From a virus, in the IMG/VR virus record IMGVR_UViG_3300036768_001490, positions 64,001 through 128,000 of that record: DNA of 64,000 nucleotides; one strand, given 5' to 3'. Under the pieces are notes generated by a model. The model saw nothing but the letters and a program-made list of their open reading frames with translations, did no database searches and was not told the origin of the DNA. The stretch's first letter is position 1. Every line of letters begins with the position of its first letter. Position numbers and translations under genes: made by a program. Shown here one piece after another: positions 58,775 through 64,000 of this stretch.

Positions 58775-61444
58775 CTAGCGACGGCCGCCACTTGCCAGCT
58801 GGGCCAGCGCCTGGGCATTGGCGGACACGCGGTCGCCGATGGAGCCTATCGCTCCGCCGAGCGTGCCGCCGGCCAGAATGCCTGGCAACAGGCGGAGCAG
58901 GGCCCCATACCTTCCTCCTAACCGACCACCGCCGACCGGCAGCCGTTGCAAGTGGCGTGGCAAGTTGCTCAGTCCCTGGGACGCCCGCAGGTAGGCGTTG
59001 CGCATGGCGGGCATGGCAGTTCTGGCAGGACTCAACAGGTGCTGGGCACCGGCACCGATCATGGAACCGATAGCGGCGCCGCCAATGCCGATGGGGCCGA
59101 TGCCCTGGTCGTCAACTGCCTGGGGTTGCTGCTGCGCCGGGGCTGTCTGCGTGCCGAAGAAGAGCGCCTTCTTCGTCATCCGTTCCAGTTCCTTGGCGCC
59201 ACGGCTGACAGGCCCCGTGAAGGTGCGCTGCTTCGTGTACCGCAAGCGCGGTCTCGAAGGGAGGACATCCAAATCGGAATCCTCCTCATCGGCCTTCTTG
59301 GCCCAGGCCACCGTGCTGCGCGCTATCTTGGTCGCCAGCACGCCGCGCTGCTCGCCATTCAGGTGAGGATAGGCGGACCGGATCGCCCGCGTCAGCGACT
59401 TGCCGGCTAGCAGCTCGCTCTGGAGCTTGCGCACCTGCGCCGCCTTCTCCAGCGGCAGAACCCGGCAGATGTCATCCAGGTGGCTGCACATCAAACAGGC
59501 CGCCTGCTGCCGCACCAGGTCGCTCGCCTTCTTGACGACCGCCGAGCGCATGGCGTTCAACAGCAAGTCAGAAGCCCGCTTCTGCCGCCGCCGACGCCGG
59601 AGAAGGCGACCGATGCCGTAACCCGCCGAACCACCAGCACCCAGAAGACCGCCGCCAATTATCAAGGCGCGCGCTACCGGGTCCATCGACTCCCAATTCT
59701 TCTGGGCACTGTCCAGCAAGGGTGCAACACGCTCAGCGTAAAAGGCAGGGATGTCCTTCTCCACGAGCCCCCTGGCCCTCTCCTGCATCGCCTGCCAGCC
59801 CTCCTGAAGAGGAGCGCCAAACTGATTATACAGTTTCCGCAGCCAGCCAGGCTCTTCCTCCACATTGCTTGTCGTCGCACCACTGCCTGCAGCCGCACCA
59901 CTGCCTGCAGACGCATCGCTCGCTGCGGCCGCATCGCTTGCCGCCGCAGCCGCATCGCCCGCTGCCTTCACGCCTCTTCTCTTGCGCAGACGCCGGAGAA
60001 GACGGCTGAGGCCGTAACCCGACGCACCGCCAGCACCCAGAAGTCCGCCACCAACTATCAAGGCGCGCGCCAACGGGTCTAGCGACTCCCAATTCTTCTG
60101 GGCACTGTCCAGCAAGGGCGAAACACTCTCTGTGTAAAAGGCAGGGATGTCCTTTTCCACGAGCCCCCTGGCTCTGTCCTGCACCGCCTGCAAGCCCTCA
60201 TTAAACCTGTTCACCAGGGGAGCGCCATGCTGCTCATACAGTTTCCGCAGCCAGCCAGGCTCTTCCTCCACGTTGCTTGTCGCCGCACCACTGCCTGCGG
60301 CCGCACCACTGCCTGCGGCCGCACCACTGCCTGCGGCCGCATCGCTTGCCGCCGCAGCTGCATCGCCCGCTTCCTTCTCGCCTCTTCTCTTGCGCCGGCG
60401 CCGGCGCTCTATCAGGCGATCCAGGCCGAAGCCGGCCAGGCCGCCAGCTCCCAGAAGTCCGCCGCCAATCAGCAGGGCACGGGTGGTCGGGTCCAGCTTG
60501 TCCAGCCCCAGTCTGCTCCCCAGACGGGACAGCCAGTTCAGACTACCGGAGTCATCAGGCGCTGTAGGCAGAGTTAGCAAGCTCTTCAGGCGGCGGAGAT
60601 GCTCATCCTTGATAGGAGACGAAGCTAGCCCGCGATTCAGACGGTGGATAGACTCAGCAGCCGCGATAGGAGGAGAAGTTAGCCAGCGACTCAGGCTGCG
60701 AGAGAGAGGACCAATATAACTATTATCATTGGTAGGAGGCGAAAGTAGCTGGCTCTGCAGTTGCTCAATGTTCTTCAGATTGCGGCTAAACTCATCTCCG
60801 ACAGAATCCTGAGACGGAGGAGGTATCTGGCGTCGCAGGTTGCGGAAAAGCCCAAGATTATCATTATTGTTAGAAGGCGAACTATCATCCTTGGTAGGAG
60901 AAATTAGCCAGCGCTGCAGGTGCTGCAGGTTGCGGAGAGGCTCCTCCTCAGCAAGAGGCTGAGGCGGAGCTAGATATTTCCTCATGTAGCCGCTGAGAGA
61001 TGAATCAATAGGCTCTCCACGGGAAGGCGCGGCCATCTTTTGGAACCAAAGACGGCGCACCGCCGGCACGGTCGTCTCGTACAGCTCCTGGAGTCTCCTA
61101 GCCCCCAGGGAAGAACCGGAACCACCGGCCACCCCGGCCCTCTTCTCTCTTCTCCGTGCGTCCATGTCGATCCTCCGTCTGACGCCGGCGGACGTGCCGG
61201 CAGGAAACGTCTCCATGCCAGCCACTCCCCGGGCCGGCCCACCCAGCGCCGCCATGTCCGGCGCACCGTCCACGGCGCTGCACCTCTTCTCCCTCCCCTT
61301 CCCGTTCCCCTTCCCGTTCCCCTTCTTCTGGCCAACGCGCTCCGGCAAGTCCGCGTCGTCCGGGGTATGGGCCTCCCAGCGCCGCGCCATCTCCGGATCG
61401 TTGGCCCACATCCAGCGGCGCTGCGCCTCGCTACGAAAAGGCAT
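58775..61444 (-). CDS. Large K-x-A polyprotein-like protein with duplicated Gly-zipper modules
   Basis: Start ATG 61444 MPFRSEAQRRWMWANDPEMARRWE; 8 K-x-A sites. Confidence 0.75.
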   Translation of the reverse strand: MPFRSEAQRRWMWANDPEMARRWEAHTPDDADLPERVGQKKGNGKGNGKGREKRCSAVDGAPDMAALGGPARGVAGMETFPAGTSAGVRRRIDMDARRREKRAGVAGGSGSSLGARRLQELYETTVPAVRRLWFQKMAAPSRGEPIDSSLSGYMRKYLAPPQPLAEEEPLRNLQHLQRWLISPTKDDSSPSNNNDNLGLFRNLRRQIPPPSQDSVGDEFSRNLKNIEQLQSQLLSPPTNDNSYIGPLSRSLSRWLTSPPIAAAESIHRLNRGLASSPIKDEHLRRLKSLLTLPTAPDDSGSLNWLSRLGSRLGLDKLDPTTRALLIGGGLLGAGGLAGFGLDRLIERRRRRKRRGEKEAGDAAAAASDAAAGSGAAAGSGAAAGSGAATSNVEEEPGWLRKLYEQHGAPLVNRFNEGLQAVQDRARGLVEKDIPAFYTESVSPLLDSAQKNWESLDPLARALIVGGGLLGAGGASGYGLSRLLRRLRKRRGVKAAGDAAAAASDAAAASDASAGSGAAAGSGATTSNVEEEPGWLRKLYNQFGAPLQEGWQAMQERARGLVEKDIPAFYAERVAPLLDSAQKNWESMDPVARALIIGGGLLGAGGSAGYGIGRLLRRRRRQKRASDLLLNAMRSAVVKKASDLVRQQAACLMCSHLDDICRVLPLEKAAQVRKLQSELLAGKSLTRAIRSAYPHLNGEQRGVLATKIARSTVAWAKKADEEDSDLDVLPSRPRLRYTKQRTFTGPVSRGAKELERMTKKALFFGTQTAPAQQQPQAVDDQGIGPIGIGGAAIGSMIGAGAQHLLSPARTAMPAMRNAYLRASQGLSNLPRHLQRLPVGGGRLGGRYGALLRLLPGILAGGTLGGAIGSIGDRVSANAQALAQLASGGRR
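59590..60500. repeat. ~400-bp intragenic tandem duplication (two full copies plus one partial)
   Basis: 59590-59975 vs 59990-60380 near-identical; boundaries approximate. Confidence 0.85.
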
Positions 61445-61472
61445 GACTGGTTCTCCCTTCCTGTCGGCGCAA

Positions 61473-62000
61473 CTATCCTTCACCCCTACCTGCCGCTTCC
61501 TTATCCCCGCCCTCTCCGTCCCGGAGGAAAAATCGGAGGCAGCGCTCCTCGGTGCCGGCCGGCAGGACGCCCCGGAACCGGTCCAGATAGGACAGCAAGG
61601 CCCCACGGAGAAGCTGACGGTCCACGGAAACGTGGACCTCCTGGTCCTCGTCGGTGCCCAACGTCAGACGGTAACGGCCGGTAGGGACCACTACCCCGGC
61701 AGCGGGACAGCGCAGGAACTGCCGCGCGCACAGGATGCGGAACAGACCGCCGCGCGTGTGCAGGGCGAGCGAGTTCTCCACCCACTCCGAGGACCAGCCG
61801 TCCGGGCCAGAGGAGACCGGCGGCGCCGCGTCCGTCTCTGCCTCGGACAGGAACCCTTCCAGATAGGCCACGCCAGCAAGCACCTGGCGCAGGCCGAACG
61901 CCAGCTCGGGGTGGTCTGTCTCCCGGAGTAGACCGTCCGCAAGTAGCAGCAGGCGCCGCAGCTCGCCACGGGACGGAAAGTTGGCGGGCAACACCGGCAT
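61473..62000 (-). CDS. Hypothetical protein
   Basis: 175 aa; GGAGG SD. Confidence 0.6.
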   Translation of the reverse strand: MPVLPANFPSRGELRRLLLLADGLLRETDHPELAFGLRQVLAGVAYLEGFLSEAETDAAPPVSSGPDGWSSEWVENSLALHTRGGLFRILCARQFLRCPAAGVVVPTGRYRLTLGTDEDQEVHVSVDRQLLRGALLSYLDRFRGVLPAGTEERCLRFFLRDGEGGDKEAAGRGEG

Positions 62001-62117
62001 GGCCTTTCCTCCATGAAACAGCCAGCCAGCATTATCTCGTTTTAACGGGTGTCACGCCAGGCGGACCTGGGGGCTCCGCCCACGATGGGATCCAACCCAC
62101 ATCACCCATCATCCACC

Positions 62118-62570
62118 TCAACGGGGCGTCCACGGAAGAGAAGGAAAAGTGGAAACGTTGCCTTCCAGAGTGTCTTGTCCAGGGGCGTCGCTGCCCGTCA
62201 CGGCGATGGCATGGCACTCCTGCATGGTGCCAGGGACGTGAGTACCCGGGCAGATCACCAGCGTGTCGTTGTTGGACAGCCGGACGCCGTGGTTGAAGTC
62301 CACGAAGAAGTTCTCCACGACACGGTTCCTCTGCAAGAAGTCGCTCGCCCAGGACAGAAAAGCGCCGACCGGGGCAGAGGCCAGCTCGCGGGCCAGGTCC
62401 AGCGCCTGCGGCTGCGGTCCCTCCATCCAGCGGCGAGCCGCCGCCTCCCTGTGCTCCTCCACGTACCGGTCCCACAGGTACTGAAGCAGATGGGGCAGAC
62501 TAGCCTGCCTGCGGGGGACGCCGCCATCGCCAGCAGAAGTGATAGGATGGATCGAAGCAGATGGGAACAT
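62118..62570 (-). CDS. Hypothetical protein
   Basis: 150 aa from ATG 62570. Confidence 0.55.
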   Translation of the reverse strand: MFPSASIHPITSAGDGGVPRRQASLPHLLQYLWDRYVEEHREAAARRWMEGPQPQALDLARELASAPVGAFLSWASDFLQRNRVVENFFVDFNHGVRLSNNDTLVICPGTHVPGTMQECHAIAVTGSDAPGQDTLEGNVSTFPSLPWTPR

Positions 62571-62622
62571 AGGCCATTTCCTTTCTGAACTTCTCTGGAA
62601 CTTCTCCGGGTCAGAGTGAGGG

Positions 62623-63246
62623 TCAGACCGTCTCGTCGCTGCCCTCGCAGTCGAAAAAGTACATCTGCACCAGCCGGCCATTATCGACACGGGTGCCAAA
62701 GTAGCGGTTGCCAGCATGGCACAGACGCGCGTTCCAGATGGCCAGACGGTTGTACACGTTGCCAATGACGTCCACCACCTCCCAGGCCGTAGGGTCCAGC
62801 AGCTTGTCCTCGTACATCTGCCGCTGGGCCAGCGCCAGCGGAATGCGGCGCAAGCGGGCGGACTCCTCCGGCGTGCGGCCGCCCGTCGCCCGGGAGCGGA
62901 CTAGCACCGTGCCAGCCTCCGGCGGCGCCTGCGGCGTCAGATAGATCACGGCGGCGTAACTCTGCGCGTCGCTGTGGTAGACAACCTGGTCGCCGCCCAG
63001 CGACACCTGGAAGCAGCCGTTGAAGCCGTGCTCCTCCCAGCGCGTGATCTTCCGACCCAGGTAATGCTCAAAGCGCTCCTTGACGCCCGGCCACAGGAAG
63101 CGCTGCTCGGAGCGCTGCACCTTGTACTGGGCATGGTTGCGGACGTAGCGCTGCCGCAGGGCCAGGGCTCGCACCGCGTCCGGGTCGGCCAGAAAATCGT
63201 CCACGATGACCAGGTTGGGGCGTGGCTGGTTCAGCTGCGGCGTCAT
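62623..63246 (-). CDS. 2OG-Fe(II) oxygenase (DUF6445-like)
   Basis: IVDDFLADPD, YHSD, NVYNRL..W....CH, GRLVQMYFFD. Confidence 0.75.
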   Translation of the reverse strand: MTPQLNQPRPNLVIVDDFLADPDAVRALALRQRYVRNHAQYKVQRSEQRFLWPGVKERFEHYLGRKITRWEEHGFNGCFQVSLGGDQVVYHSDAQSYAAVIYLTPQAPPEAGTVLVRSRATGGRTPEESARLRRIPLALAQRQMYEDKLLDPTAWEVVDVIGNVYNRLAIWNARLCHAGNRYFGTRVDNGRLVQMYFFDCEGSDETV

Positions 63247-64000
63247 GCAACCCCCAGATGACGTGCCGGCGAAGAGACAGACAGACCCCCCGAGAGCATG
63301 CCCGCCTTGCGGGCCAGCTCCTGCAAGCGGTCGTGCGGCGGGTCAAGCTCCGAGATCATGGTGTAACACTGCAAACCATCGTCGTCGCCCGGGTAGATGC
63401 CGCGGTGGATGACGGTGGGGCGGCCGTCCCCCTCCGGGTAGGCGGAGCCGACAATGCGGTCCAGCATGGTGAAGCCGGCGGCAAAAAAGTCCTTGCTGAA
63501 GGTGTGCAGCACCTCCCGGCTCCCCACGAACACGCAGGCCGCCTTCCTGCCCGTGCGCAGGTCCACCTGGGCCAGGACGCTCTCGGCCAGCTGCTCGCGG
63601 ATGGCCGTGGAGATGTCCGCCGGCCCCTGGACCCGGTCCAGGGGAATGTCCGCCGAGCCCATGACGACTACGCCGCCGTCCAGCAGCTGGGCCAGCTCGC
63701 TGCGGTCAAAGGTGATGTACGGGCTCTTGCAGGCCGCCAGCTGGTTGAACAGGTGAAGCAGCCGGCTGACCAAGAAGTTGCTTTTGGGCAGCAGCTCGCC
63801 CATCGCCGGCTGGTACAGGGAATGCACACGGTCATTGTCAATGACAACCAGAGGGCTGACCCGGTCGGCCAGCAGCTCGCGGAAGGCCGCGACCGCGTTG
63901 CGACAGACCGTCTGGCCCTCGTCCACGGACGGCAAGGACACCAGCGCGCCGACACGCGGCGTCTGACCCTTGCTCTCCATGTACTTCCGGGCCAGCCGAA
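63243..64000 (-). CDS. Tubulin/FtsZ-family protein, 5'-truncated by window
   Basis: Frame open to the window edge; ALVSLPSVDEG..V..NA, LVVIDND, FDRSELAQLL..G...MG. Confidence 0.6.
   Translation of the reverse strand, partial: RLARKYMESKGQTPRVGALVSLPSVDEGQTVCRNAVAAFRELLADRVSPLVVIDNDRVHSLYQPAMGELLPKSNFLVSRLLHLFNQLAACKSPYITFDRSELAQLLDGGVVVMGSADIPLDRVQGPADISTAIREQLAESVLAQVDLRTGRKAACVFVGSREVLHTFSKDFFAAGFTMLDRIVGSAYPEGDGRPTVIHRGIYPGDDDGLQCYTMISELDPPHDRLQELARKAGMLSGGLSVSSPARHLGVA

Overview
A ~70% GC segment of what is very probably a large (jumbo-type) dsDNA phage; a Planctomycetota-like host is inferred from HEAT-repeat and secreted-protein styles. All credible genes are on the minus strand; long plus-strand ORFs are GC shadows. 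Left to right: (1) 0.2-8.4 kb putative virion/ejection proteins with Gly-zipper helices and a recurring hydrophobic-x-K-x-A motif; (2) 8.5-23.3 kb a bacterial-like multisubunit RNA polymerase in three genes with four inteins, one apparently a naturally SPLIT intein (IntN ends the beta gene; IntC starts the next gene, which carries the beta C-terminus fused to the NADFDGD half of beta'); the beta' C-half is fused to a ~850-aa virion-type tail; (3) 23.3-27.3 kb more K-x-A proteins; (4) class II ribonucleotide reductase with ATP-cone and mini-intein, and a 2H-phosphoesterase/HAD fusion; (5) 32.8-50.7 kb glycan-modification/auxiliary genes, interrupted at 37.6-40.9 kb by four single-gene cassettes separated by ~270-350 bp terminator/promoter repeats; (6) Ro60/TROVE preceded by Y-RNA-like and tRNA-like structured RNAs; (7) two large K-x-A polyproteins; (8) a 2OG-Fe(II) oxygenase and a truncated tubulin/FtsZ-like gene. 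No CRISPR array, rRNA or canonical tRNA found. All homology calls are by-eye motif recognition; no database search was run.
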